Source: the human T2T-CHM13v2.0 reference genome, Homo sapiens
Direction: 5' to 3' (one strand)
Assembly: GCF_009914755.1 (NCBI RefSeq)
Contig: NC_060928.1
Length of the DNA: 64,000 nt
The notes below the pieces were generated by a model, which was given only the letters and a program-made list of their open reading frames with translations, had not been told where the DNA came from and ran no database searches. The translations under genes were made by a program, and so were the position numbers. Positions within the stretch are counted from its first letter, which is position 1. Every line of letters begins with the position of its first letter. Positions 14,710 to 30,372 of the stretch are shown one piece after another.

Positions 14710-14945
14710 AATAATAATAATGGCTGACATTCACGAAGCTCTTACTATGTGCCAGGCATTTTCCATGCATTTTAAAAATATCTTCATAAAAGCTGTAGGA
14801 GATAGGTATTACTGTTACTCCCATTTTATAGATGAAGCTGAGACTTAGAGTGGTTGATTCATTTGCTAGTAAGTGGAGGAGTCAGAGACTTTGATTCCAG
14901 CAGTCTGTCTCCAGGGTCTGCCAGTTTCTCACTATGCTCTACTGC
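14710..14945 (-). mobile_element. MIR
   Basis: Core cccattttatagatgaagctgagacttagag and cttactatgtgccaggca. Confidence 0.75.
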
Positions 14946-15929
14946 TCCCCCCAGCGTAAAAGGAGAGGCTTTGGGGGGAAAGAGCACAGTCCTAAGCCAT
15001 CCTTCCTTTCATGCAAAGATTCTTGTGTTGAACAAAGGCATAGCCTCCATGTCCATTTTCAGTCTGAAAAGGAGATTCTGTTTAGGTAAGTCCTCAGATG
15101 ACTCCTACCCATCAGTGGAGATGGTCACTAGTAACCACTTATTCAACATGCTGTCTCAAGGCTCTAACTGGAGCATGGTCCATATGTTGCCCATCTTTGC
15201 ACATAAATCTATTGCTTTAGGTGCTACAAGCTCATCACAGCCAAATTTTGCAGACCCAGACCAACCCAAGAACAAAGGTCGCTCTCTACTTGCCAGCACA
15301 ATTGTAGGCACTCTTTCTTCATGTGCTTATAGAAAGCAGTTTCATCCTGCAAATGCTGGCCGACTGGGTATGCTCAGCCGACACCATCAGGGCATATGAG
15401 TGCTTTGAGGCCTTCTGTTGAATGGTCTCATTTTCTCTGCACAGAAACCTACTAGTGTAACGTTTCCATGAGTGATGGGCAGGGCAGAGGTTTCACTACA
15501 AGAGAATTTCAGGACACAGTAGGATACCTGGAGAGAGTTCAGTCCTTTTGGAGTCAAGTAGAGTCAAGTGTGTCACTAAAATGAAGCCAGCCCCCCTTCT
15601 GCTACTCCAGAGAATCATGAATGGGGCAGTGGGGAAACACAGAAACAGATTCCATGAAATCAGCCATGCAAGATTAGTTTGAAGATAATGACACTGGGCT
15701 TAAAGGAAATCCATTACAAATGAAACTTATAACTCAAAACAAATGTGCCAATGGGCAAAATTTAATGAGCAAAAGGAAATTAATAAATAGAGATAAATCT
15801 TATAAATATGGCAAAATTGTTAGGGCAAATGCTTGAGAAGAACGCTATGGGGTTATGAGTCCACCTCATTGTGCTGTTTCTATGTCCTGGCCCCTGAGGG
15901 ACAGCTCTCCGTCATGCCCATTCACTTAC

Positions 15930-16135
15930 TTTCTCTGGATCCGGACCACAGGATCAGCAAGCAGGTCAGTGACGTCAAGCTTTCTCCCCTTCTCAATAAC
16001 ATCTCGATGCTTGCGAACAAACAGCCACCCAATATGGGAGAAGAAGAAGCCCCGGCGGGCATTGTGGGGGTCAGCATCCGTCTCTGAGTACTTGTGGTGG
16101 GCTCGGTGGTCCCTGGACCACTCGAAGATGTCATT
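15930..16135 (-). CDS. SCD5: SCD5 internal coding exon (206 bp; exon 3 by recalled gene structure)
   Basis: Translates NDIFEWSRDHRAHHKYSETDADPHNARRGFFFSHIGWLFVRKHRDVIEKGRKLDVTDLLADPVVRIQR(K), containing His box 2 (HRAHH). Acceptor ctctctgcag|AAT, donor AA|gtaagt. Joins the previous exon in phase 0. Confidence 0.97.
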
Positions 16136-16477
16136 CTGCAGAGAGAATGAGAGCCTGAGTGAAGAGAGGAACCGCACCGCCGAGCATCCTCCTGGGAAGC
16201 TTCCCAGCCTCCCCTCCCCTACCAGTCCTCACTGCTGGTTTCACTTTCCTCCTGTCTTCAACCCACAGTCCCTCAACCTCAAGTTCAATCCCCTGTGGTC
16301 TGGAGTGGTTTTCATCAGAACAAGAGTAAATCTTCACTTAGCAGGGATCTCAGCTTACGTGTGGGACGTACCCACTGCAGGAAGTTCAGGCTTGTTGGGT
16401 GAATTAGTGCAGAGACCTGAAGGAAAGCTCTGGTGGGGGCGACTGAAGTCTCCTAGATCATTTATGTCAAGAAAAAA

Positions 16478-17010
16478 GAGATCTTTTTTGTGGCTGCACC
16501 GTATTCCATGGTGTAAACATACCACATTTTCTTTATCCAGTCTATCACTGATGGACACTTAGGATGATTCCATGTTGCTATTGTGAATAGTGCTGCAGTG
16601 AACATACATGTGCCTGTGTTTTTATAATAGAATGATTTATATTCCTTCAGGCATATACCCAGTAATGGCATTGTTGGGTTGAATGGTAGTTCTGTCCAGA
16701 TCTTTGCAGGGACATGGATGGAGCTGGGGGTCATTATCCTTAGCAAACTAATGCAGGAACAGTAATCCGAATACCACTGTCCTCACAAGTGGGAGCTAAA
16801 TGATGAGAACACATGGACACATAGGGGAACAAAACATCCTGGGGCTATCAAGGGTGGAGGGTGGGAGGAGGGAGAAGATCAGGAAAAATATCCAATGGGT
16901 ACTAGGTGTAATACCTGGGTGATGAAATAATCTGTACACACACCCCCATGACACGTTTACCTATGTAACTAACCTGCACATGTACCTCTGAACTTAAAAG
17001 TTAAAAAAAA
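16478..17010 (+). mobile_element. 5'-truncated, 5'-inverted L1PA (older primate subfamily)
   Basis: Antisense L1 segment ~16478-16696, then sense L1 3' end 16697-17010 ending aacctgcacatgtacctctgaacttaaaagttaaaaaaaa. Confidence 0.85.
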
Positions 17011-17867
17011 TGAGGGAGAGATGTTCTTAGGATGAAATCTTGGTTGTCATAAGAGAGGGGCAGTCCTGAGTAGGAATGGTGCCGGTTCTTGGCCCAGATG
17101 TCTCTGCCTCTCTCCTCACTTTGGTGTTCTTCATGTGTGACTCACAGAGATCAGGAAGCCAGCAGATTAAAAAAACCCAAATGGCTACTTCCCCAAATCT
17201 CTGCAAAATACCAAGGCACCAGTGGCATCATTTTAGGACTGCTCTAACAGAGTGTAACAGAAACAGAAGGGGGACAACTTTGGCTCCTTGGGAACCTGGT
17301 GTATTGGCAATCCACCAAGTGGAGAGGCAGCAGTGGCTGAGGAACAGGGCAGCACTCACTGGAGCCCTGAGACAGACTCTGGTGCCCCTAGAAGGACAGG
17401 CAGCAGAGTCCAGCAGAGTCTGCCCAGCCCACAGAGCTGAAGTAGGGCTCAGTGCATGTGGGGAGCACACCCTATTGGACTTCTCATAATGGGAGACACG
17501 GGAGGGTGTCAGGGGCTGAGCTATCAGGGGCCAAGAATTGATGGCATTCACTGTTACAATTAATGAGACCTTAGCTATAGCAATGAGTCAGTGAGATCTA
17601 CAGACGTTTTTTTTACACTAATTTTTTTTTAAATCTGATGATGCTTTCAAAACTTTGAGAAGATGAATTAAATTGGGAAGCAGTGCTTTTGATAGGAAAA
17701 TCTGAAAATAAAAATAAATTTAAGTATTATATTACATTAGCCTTTTCTGATTATGACAATAGTAATAATATTTTATACCATAATATTCAATACTGGGTAA
17801 TGTTCTCATTAGGAGTCTACCATTTCATAGAGATTGGCTTCATCCTTCTGATGAGAAGGGAAGAAAT

Positions 17868-18342
<475 letters not shown>

Positions 18343-18840
18343 TGAATATAAAGAGAGAAAACAGGAGCATGGCGGTTTATGTATATCAAAAATTATAGCC
18401 TGGCTTACTGTAATATGAAAGAGGTCTTTAGATTTTACAGTGTATTTAAACATGGTGGTTGGACAGAGTGAAAACATTTTATTATTTAGAATCACAGAAT
18501 TTGGAGGTGTAAAATAATTTCAAATGTCAATCAAGACTGCTGTGGTCTAAGAAATAATTTCTTCCTTTTGCATTAGTTTATTGCTTTTATTGTAGTGCCC
18601 ATGTGAACACGACATAGAAAGAACACTCTGTCCCCCATTCACAGATGGCAAAATTAAAGCTTAGAGGACATTTATATAAGTTCATCCAACAAATCAAAAC
18701 ATAATAGAACTAAGATGGCATTTCCTTGGTTCTCAGTTCACATTTCCATCAACAAAATATTTCCCTTACTCTCCAAATGTTGCAGGGAGGGATCTTTTAT
18801 AGAAAACTTTCTTTCATCTTGTTAAAAGGTTATATTGGCT

Positions 18841-19207
18841 TGATATGGTTTGGCACTGTGTCCCCACCCAAATCTCATCTGTAACTGTAATCCCCATGTG
18901 TTGAGGGAAGGACCTGGTGGGAGGTGATTGGATCATAGGGTCAGTTTCCTCCATGCTGTTCTCATGATATTGAGTGAGTTCTCACGAGATCTGATGGTTT
19001 AAAAGTGTGTGGCAGTTTCCCCTTTGCTCTCTCTCTTGCTCTACCATAGTAAGACATAGCTTGCTTCTCCTTCACCTTCCACCGTGATTGGAAGTTTCCT
19101 GAGCCCTCCCCAGCCACGCAGAACTGTGAGTCAATTAAACCTCTTTTCTTTATAGATTACCCAGTCTCAGGTAGTTATTTATGGCAATGTGATAATGAAC
19201 TAATACA
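18841..19207 (+). mobile_element. THE1 (THE1D-like) solo LTR
   Basis: Starts tgatatggtttgg, ends gaactaataca; 5-bp TSD tggct on both sides. Confidence 0.9.
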
Positions 19208-20519
19208 TGGCTGTTTAATTCAATGCCATGCAATCTTGTAGAAACTCTAAGTGAAGAGTTTCAAATAGCTAGAAACATTATTCTCACAAAATTAATTATA
19301 ATACAACAACAATGAAAAGACCCATCATGATGAAGAAAAGTTCAAACAGAGATATTTATTTTCATTCCTTTCACCTGGATACCTTTCCAACAGAAGCTAC
19401 CTGACTGCAATAGTGGAATGAAGCAAGTATAACAGTGGAATGAAGCACATTCCAAATAATCAAGCACATAATGAAGCCAAAAATACTTTAAGATGTATTT
19501 TTTAATCCTTTGTTATTGTTTTGTTTTCAAGTGTAAAGCTGAGTCCAGTGAAAAATGACTCAAAGAATAAGATGTGTTTTGTAGTTCTTGGGAACTTGGT
19601 AATAAATAAATTAAAAAAAGAAATTAAAGAACAAGATGTGCATCAACAATAGAGCAGAAAGGGAGCAAGATTTATATGTTCACCCAATCAATCACCTTTC
19701 TTCCCTACTTACCTGCACTTTTGTCTGCTCTGGAGTGATTGGGAGTGGGTGGGTAGGGGAAAGAACCTACCTGTGAATAGCATTTGTGTTGAAAAGGTTT
19801 GGGTACCTAGAGCTCATTTTGGTACAGTCAGTATGTGCTTTAGCAACAAGAAGAGGGGAAAGCTGAGGATTAATGAGGAGGGAGAGATGGCCCAACCATC
19901 TCAACCTTGGGAGGCGGGGAGTGAATGGAGATCAACTGTACTGGAAGCCATACCCCCAGCGGTATCCTGATAATCTCTCTTCCTCTTAGTGTTTGCATGG
20001 TGCTGATAGCTCTTGTCTAAAACTATGTGTGCCACTCCATCACCTTTGCTGCACGGGAAACAAAAACAATATTGAGGCATACAGAGATGACAAATGCCCA
20101 TCATGAACTGACTGTCAAGTATGGGTAATCTGTCTGTTCATGTTCCATGTACATATTCTGGTAGGGACATGATGTTGAACTCAGCAGTAATTCCTGAAGC
20201 TTAGATACTTAAACATTCAAACAAATCAATTACCAAATTATTGTATTAAATTTGCAACTTAGAGTTTATACTGAATTGTAGGTTCCAGTAGATCACAGTC
20301 TTACTCTGCAATCCATTAAAAGTGCACTCTCACCACATGTTAATTGATTATTCCTGATAAAAAATTGGAATACTGAAGGGAGCTACATTAGTTCTAAGAA
20401 CGCTGGGCATAAATGAGGCACAGGTAGGTGGGCGAGCGAGAGAGGAGTAGGAACAGAACAAATCCGGAGTGTAGAGCTCAGGTGGTAGGCTTCATTAGCA
20501 GAGACGCCATACTATAGTC

Positions 20520-21585
<1,066 letters not shown>

Positions 21586-22030
21586 TAAGAATTCAATGCT
21601 GCCTACTGGTGAGAATGTGAAATGGGCAGAAAGTGTGTGAAGGGCAAATGAGCACTACATATCAAAAACCCTAAAATTGTGCATATATTTTCATCTAACA
21701 ATTCATTTTCTGGAGTTTATCTTAAGGAAATCATGGTTGTGTTCAGAGATTTAACCACAAGGATGCTAACTGCAATAAAAACTTGGAAAGACCCTGCATT
21801 TCCCCATAACAGGATTTGATTAAATATTTTGTGATAAATTAATTAAATAGTACTTGTGTGTGTATACATATACAATAAAAGCTTATATATACATGAAAGA
21901 AATAGTAAGAGAAAAAGCCTTAGTGTTACCTCATGGGAATGAAATTGGGAGGTAGGAATGAGGAGAAATACTTTTATGCTTGATCCTATACTCTGAAATT
22001 ATTAGAAAGAATTCTACTAGTGTTGTATTA

Positions 22031-22440
<410 letters not shown>

Positions 22441-23479
22441 AGTACTTCTCAAAACACTATGAATCCATTTTTAATAAAAAATATAAGTTTAAGCATGGGA
22501 AAAACAAAAGAAGTATCTTAGCCAAACTGTTTGCAGTGGTTCTCTCTAGGAATTGGGACTGTGGGTGACTCTTTTTTATTTTGTCTGTGTTTTGTAAATT
22601 TTTATAATAAACAGATTATTCTTTTGTAATACAGGAGAAACAAGTTATTTTTGAAAACATTTCTATATTCCTGAATGAAAACAACCCAGCTTCTCCTCGA
22701 TGAAGCAGTTAAGATTCATCTGGCAATCCAGTCTGTTAATACACCTTTATGTCATCCTTCTTCTATCTTTATTCTCGTTAGCAACTAATCAACCAATCAC
22801 ACGTCAAGTGGTGTGGCAGTGCCCTCGCTTGAACCCATTCTGTATTTTGTGCCTCCATTACTTCACTATCCATGATTGATAACATACCTAAGTGGGGTCT
22901 CCACTGAAACTGTAGAAACTGAAATTGACCATGAGGTGATTTTTCTCCCACGCGCAGCCTTTGAGTGTTATCTGGGACTTGAGCAAAGGTCATCAATCTC
23001 AAGAGTCCACCGAAAAGAGATATGAAGCAACCTGCTCCTTCAGAACTACTCCCCAGCTTCCTTTTATGTTCAAAATAAATTCTCGAATCTAGTCATCTAA
23101 ATGGCAACAGAGGACACTGTCTATTAAGGCCCACATAATTTCCACTGGTTAGCAAGATGAAGGCTAAATGTAAACAGCATTTAGCTTGTCCCATTCAGCA
23201 GATCTGAAACCAGAATCATTGATTGGTTTTCCCCTAGCCTAGCTGGAAACAGTTGCTTGCTCCCAACCAGACACCAAGATGGTTTTGCTGTCCCTTAATT
23301 CAATTTTGTGGCTGTTTAAAGTTCCAGAACAAAAAACTTCCCAAGCAGTCTCAAAACATAGCCAAAGGGAATTCCACTTGTATTCATAACACATCTTTGT
23401 TTCCAGTCAGTAGTGAAAAAGAAACCAGGACCAACATGTCAACATGTCAGCTTGAACAGGCAGGTTTTAGAGTAGAAAA

Positions 23480-23545
23480 TATGCGTGTGCATGCATGCAT
23501 GTACATGTGCATGTGCGTGTGCGTGCGTGTGGTGTGTGTGTGTGT
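23480..23545. repeat. Alternating purine-pyrimidine (TG/CG/CA) tract
   Basis: Seen directly. Confidence 0.9.
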
Positions 23546-24289
23546 CTGAATGGCATCCTTTCTGGGAAAGGAGCTGTTCTATCAAGAGGGTCAAATAGAA
23601 AAAGATACTGGTGGCTCCACTCCTTAGAAACTGTAAGGCTTACTAGAGATAGACTTTATCTCTGTCTCTGGGGTCTAAACTTAATCTCCTCCAGTTCAGA
23701 CGCCAATTCAAACAGTGAAAAACAATGTTGGGTGCTTTCCCCATTGTTGATACGGGGTCAGTACTTATTTCTCTCCAGATAATAGGCTAATCTGTAAGAA
23801 TATCCCAGAAAGTCCCCAAGAGTGGCCTGGCAGCAGTCCACACCACCTGGCAAATTGTGGCTTTGAGAGGACAAGTTGCCACCTGCTGCCTTGCCTTCAT
23901 GTGGCACTTGGTCTACATAGGTCTTAGAAGCTGGGTAAGTGTTGAAAAGTCAACCTTAGTAGTTTAAAAAGTGCCAATAAAACTTAAAGTTTGAAAAAAA
24001 GGAAAGAAATGTTTCATATTTTCTTCTATTACTCTTTTGTTTAAATCTCTTAACAACGAGAATGTATTCAAATAAGACTTTTCACTTTTAAAAAACCACA
24101 TATTTAACACATACTTTTAAAATGGCATAGACAGTCATCTTGGCAAATAAGTTGGTCTTCTGGAAATCTTTCCAATTTGGGCTTTGGAGGGTTTTTGGTC
24201 AGTGATGTGACCATTATTCTAGTCTCCTGAACTAGATCTCCTTTATTCCATGAGTTAAAAATTGAGGGGGAAGAAAGGGCCTAGAAAAC

Positions 24290-25660
24290 AATGATAACCC
24301 AATAGCAATGAACATATTTAGTTCCCACAACTTGTTTTTAAAATACCATTCTCCACTAAAAGGAATCAGGAGTGTGGAGAAATGGCTGGTGCCAGGACTG
24401 GGGTAGGAAAAGTACACGGGGAGCTCAGTATATTTTGTTGTGCCGGAAAGGAAGTGCTTAAAAAATGATGGGGCATGTCGAAATGACAGAGGAGCCACGT
24501 GTGGTGGTGTGCATCTGTAATCCCAGCTACTCAGGAGGCTGAGGATTTCAAGACCAGCCTGGGCAACACAGCAAGACACCACACTAAAAAGAAAGAGTTT
24601 TTTCTAAATACTAAAAAAAAAGAGGCATTTGTAGTGCCTCCCACTGAACAAACTGGGGTAATTTGGTCATTAAAATGAATAATGACAGTAATGGATTATA
24701 ATCCATGTAATCAAAAAACAGTCCATGGGCTATAAATACATTGGAAAAAGCAAACTTTTCTTTACAGTAAAATACCAATTGACAAATGTAGAAGAAATAA
24801 TAGAGTTACAAAATCACCATTTTGCAGCTGTCATGGCAATAACTGAGTCAGGCAAGAATCCCCAATGTTTGCTAAAACTATTGGGTAAAAGTTTGATGAA
24901 GATAAAATATTCATATAGGCTCATAATCTTTGCATAAATTAATTCAATAATTACAAAATAAAAATAGCAATCTTACAGTGGAGAAACTTAGCAGATGCCA
25001 CCTTAACCAAATGATCAAAGTTCATACCTCTAATAATGTGACAAAGTGATGTCATGTGCCTCTTTTTCAATGCTGAGGAGGACACAAGAATGCTAATGTA
25101 GTACTCCCACCAAAAATGCAGAGTTTGAGTCTAATTATGAAGTAACATGAGCAAACCCAAATGGAGGAACATTCTACAACTTAATTGGCCAGTACATTTC
25201 AAAAATATTGATGGCATAAAATTAAAAAAACAAGGAACTATTCCAGATGAATGGAATCTAAAGAGACATTATAACTCATTGTAATGCATAATCCTCAATT
25301 GGACCCTGAACTATTATAGAATCCTGGATACAACATTAAATCCCTGACTTTGGTAAGTGTATTCTGTCTATGTGAAAGTGTCTTTGTTATTAGGAAATAC
25401 ACACTGAGGTATTTGGGAATAAAGGGGCATGATGTCTATAACTTACTCCCAAATGATTCATAAAAAAAGAACACGTAAGAATGCACATGCATGTACAGAG
25501 GAAAGAGCAAGGGAATAAAGCAAATGAGCAGTACTCTAAGAGTTGGTGAATCTAGGTGAAGGCTATACCCAAGCTCATGATTTTCTGCAACTTTTCTCTA
25601 AGTTTCAAAATAAAAGATCTGAAAAAATTATTTCAAAATAAAAGTGAAAGCTAAAAACAA
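24290..25660 (+). mobile_element. Old L1M (L1MC4/L1ME-like) 3' region with a short Alu fragment (~24497-24585)
   Basis: Motifs ttacagtggagaaacttagcagatgccaccttaaccaaatgatcaaagtt and taggaaatacacactgaggtatttggg. Confidence 0.75.
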
Positions 25661-26219
25661 AAATTTCATGGGCACTCTTCTTTATAATCTCAGCTTTTCC
25701 CCTTCCACTCCATTTCTACTCTACCACCCTTGTTCAGGCTTTTATCAATTTACTTGGATGCTGTAATAACCTTCTAACTGCCTCCCACTTATAGTAATTT
25801 TCCTCCCCACAATACATTCGGCATACTGTTAACATCCTCTTTCCATTCATACTCCCCAAAATCTATCATTCTTTTGCTTATTATTTGACAATCTCTGTGT
25901 ATTACTTTTCTTATAAAATCTAAACTTTTCTTCTTCTTGAAAATCAGACAGGTTTCTTTGACTGGACTCATTCTTATCTTTCCCATATTTTATCCTTTAA
26001 TTTGACTGATATTTACTGACCGGTACACACTAGAAGATAAAGAACAAACAGGACAATTGAGGCTGTGTCCTCAAAGAGTTTATAGTTTATCGAGGAGACA
26101 AATACTAAACATAAAGTAAATGAAGTCAACATAAGCGAAATAATTTTAGACTGGGATTAGAGCTGTGAAGCCAATAAAGGAGCTGAACAAAGGAGGACCT
26201 TAATATAGGCAAGGCCATT

Positions 26220-26575
<356 letters not shown>

Positions 26576-26730
26576 TGAGAGGAGTTGGAGGTGGAAGTGC
26601 GGGAGGGAGAGGGGAATTGTCTCAGGTAGAGGGAAGGACTTGGAACAATCGAGGAACTAAGAAAAGGCCATTGTGTAGGTAGCATGGTGCTAGGACAAGC
26701 CTGGTATGAGATGAGGTCTAAGACACATTA

Positions 26731-26916
26731 TGCTATAATAAAGAATATATCTGGTCTTTCTGCCTGGTTCTTGGCACAGAGGTTTAAAAACCCTTGGAAT
26801 TTCCTGATAGGAAATTCCACAACTCTTATCCTAGAGGTGACTTTCATGGGCCCCTAGATAGCCTCAGGATGGGAGCAGATCACCAGAAAGACCAGCCATG
26901 TGATTAGAGAGGTGGG
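26731..26916. mobile_element. MER21-type LTR, first part
   Basis: aagaatatatctggtctttctgcctggttcttggcacaga...ggcccctagatagcctcaggatggg...accagaaagaccagccatgtgattagag. Confidence 0.75.
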
Positions 26917-26952
26917 CGTCGGCTGCCCAACAGGGCAACACAAATGTTCCGG

Positions 26953-27686
<734 letters not shown>

Positions 27687-29893
27687 GCTGGCCACGGAGG
27701 AAAAAGATGTGTGACTGCCAGCTGGCGCCTGTTCTCCCTACGTCGGGAGCAGGCATCGCAGCCCCTGAGCGGAGAGGCGGTATCCCGTGTCAGGTTCTCC
27801 ATCAGCGGCTGCGTGGGGCTCTCAGGGCAGCCAGGCCGACACTTGGCTCACCACTGCTGGGGGGTGCCACAGTGAATTTCACACTCAAGGGCTGGGTCCC
27901 CGGTGATTTTAAGGTGATGGAAAAGGCAAGTGTCTTTTCCCACTTCCTCTCAAAAACCACCCAGCCTGAACCTGAGATGTGTTCATAAACACACCAGAAG
28001 GCAAACTCCAGTCCGCTGAGGAACAGCAGCCCTCAGGAACCTTCTCCAATCTTATTCAAATCCTGGCCCCAACCTCTCAGGTCTGCCTTGGCCCACAAGC
28101 TGGCTTCCCTGAGGGAGAGGCTGAAGCTGGGGATAAGTAGGATCCACGCGCCAGGGGGACCCAGGCAAGCCTTGAGGCTGGGGCTGGGGAAGCGAGGAGG
28201 AGACCAGGTATCAGGAGACCCTGCAAGTCCTGGGAGCAGAGACTTTGGACTCAGTGTGACCCTGATCAGACACCCTGGTTGGATGGGGGTGGCCTCTTCT
28301 AACCAGTGAGGTAGGCACAGAGGGCAGGGCCGGGTTTGCTCTGCTCCCGATTGTAGGGATGCAGTGGCACCTGTGCTCTGGGTTTTCTGGCCAGAGTTGG
28401 CATCTCAAGGGTCTGCAGAATGAGTGCCTCCTGATACTCAGCTCCGGTGCCTTTGACCTTGCCCAGCAGTGGGGTCTGGATGCCTAGCTTCTAGGCTGGC
28501 CTCTTCCTGGAAGATGCTGGTGTGACATCTCTCATTGCCTGTCCCTATTTCCCTAATTATCCCTCACCAATGTTTAAGCCAATCCCTTCAGTCCTACCAC
28601 TAAATTATATCTTGAATCTGCACACTTCTCATTTTTACCACCTTTTCTAGTTCAAGATCAACTTTTTTCTAGGCTACTGCAAAAGCCTCCTGAACTGGTC
28701 TTCCTGATTCAATGCTTGCCCCTCTCTATTGTAGCCAGAGAGAGCTTATTGGAAATTACTCTACAGCAAAATAAATAAATAAATAAATAAATCAGTGGCT
28801 TAGCACTATATTTGGAATGAAATCCAACCTCATTATTATGTTCTAAGGGGCTCTGTGTTGGAACACCCCTGGGGTGAGAGGCAAGCCCATGTCCGAGCCT
28901 GGCTGGGCATTGTCCAGAGCAAGCTCAGGGGTGTTCCAGCCAGAGCCTCTGGTTCTGAGTGCTGGGGTCCCCCAGACGGACACAGAGGTCCTCCTGGGTG
29001 CATGGGAAGGCTGAGGGGGCTGAGGGCAGAGGCTGTATAGACACAGCCCTGCCACCTCCCTGAAGAGGACTCCATTTGGGAAGAGTCCTTTTACTCTGGA
29101 TATTGCACACACCGGCCGGACACAGCTTTGATGCCCATCGTCCAGGATACAGAGGTGGCCTCCAGTCACAAGAGGGAATGCGGAGGGCAGGGTGCGTGGC
29201 ACCCTATGCAGGGTCTGGCTGCTGGGATGGCCCATCTCACACTCTGCTACTGCTGTCCTGGGCTCTTGGGTCCGAGGCAACCTCCAGAGCATGGGCAGCA
29301 GCCTAGCCGCAGGCGCCTCTGCCACCGTCCTCTGTACACTGTCCACCCAGGCATGTTGGGTCCCACAGTTCTGAGTCTGCTGCCTCTGACTGGTGGGAAC
29401 CACTGGTCACTCCAAATCCCCACTCCCCACCTTTTCAGTTTAACACAAGCCCACACCGTGCTTAGCAGCCCTGTGCTGACTCCAGGCCCTGGAGTTCTCA
29501 GATGCTTGCCCACGGTTCCCACAGGCATCATGTTCCCTTCTGCTGGGCGGAGGGGCCACTTCCCATGCAGATGTTGACGCTGTCAGTGCCAAAGCTTTAT
29601 GACTTTAGCATTATTTGCTGTGGCCAGTGGGAAAATGTTCAAAGCTGTTTCCACCTCCTGAGTTTTCCTCAGGAAAACTCTTGAGTATTTCAGTGAGGAT
29701 CTTGTTCTTAGACCTTTGGCCTGTAAGAGGCTTTGAAAATTTTATTTTATTTTTTAATGAAAGAAGATATCTGTGGTGGTAATTGCCTCCAAATTAAAAT
29801 GTCACCAATTGCATGCACAGTGACTGACGAATGTTTGTACCCCCACCATGTGGCAACTTTGAATCAATAACTCTGCAGATCCAGAAAAAAAAA
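27687..29893 (+). pseudogene. Retrocopied 3' UTR and poly(A) remnant of the SLC66A2 pseudogene (interrupted at ~28542-28857)
   Basis: GC-rich non-repeat sequence contiguous with the pseudo-CDS, ending tcaataactctgcagatccag followed by an A-run (~29885-29893). Confidence 0.7.
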
Positions 29894-30103
29894 GAAAATC
29901 ATAAGAAGAGAAAATATATTTACTATTCATTAAGTGGAAGTGGATCATCATAAAGGTCTTCATCCTTGTCTTCTTTGCATTGAGTAGGCTGAGAGGAGGA
30001 GGGGCTGATCTTGCTGTCTCAGAGGTGGTGGAGGCAGAAGAAAATCCATGCATTTAAGTGAAGCTGCGCAGTTCAAACCCATTCTGTTCAAGGGTTAACT
30101 GTA
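29894..30103. mobile_element. Tigger3/Golem-type DNA transposon, one end only
   Basis: Terminal gcgcagttcaaacccattctgttcaagggttaactg followed by ta; the other end is absent. Confidence 0.75.
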
Positions 30104-30372
30104 ATCGTAAGTATAGGACTTTCCTGAGTTCTGCATGTTGTTCTAGTGAATTATCAAACCTAAGGAGATTGTGGAAACCCCCAAACTTATCACTGGTCAT
30201 TCAGAAGTACAGGTAGCCTGGGGACCCCACTACTGTTCTGCAGCCCTTGCAGCAGGCGTCTGAAGTGGGGACAGCCATGTGGAGCACTCAGCCTTTAACT
30301 TGTGGGATCTGATGTTAACCCCGGGTGGTTAGTGTCAGAATTACACTGAAGTACACCAACTTGGGGTGGACA
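30104..30372. mobile_element. MER21-type LTR, last part
   Basis: tttcctgagttctg...tctagtgaattatcaaacc...tgtgggatctgatgttaaccccgggtggttagtgtcagaatt. Confidence 0.75.

Noticed and set aside
14854-15399. 181-aa plus-strand ORF
   Set aside because: Starts at a non-ATG codon inside a MIR; no homology or splice context recognised.
15855-16562. 235-aa plus-strand ORF, the longest in the track
   Set aside because: Antisense shadow of the SCD5 exon that runs on into an inverted L1; no recognisable domain.
28836-29577. Cluster of overlapping ORFs on both strands (up to 186 aa)
   Set aside because: Expected in GC-rich, stop-poor retrocopied UTR; no protein similarity recognised.
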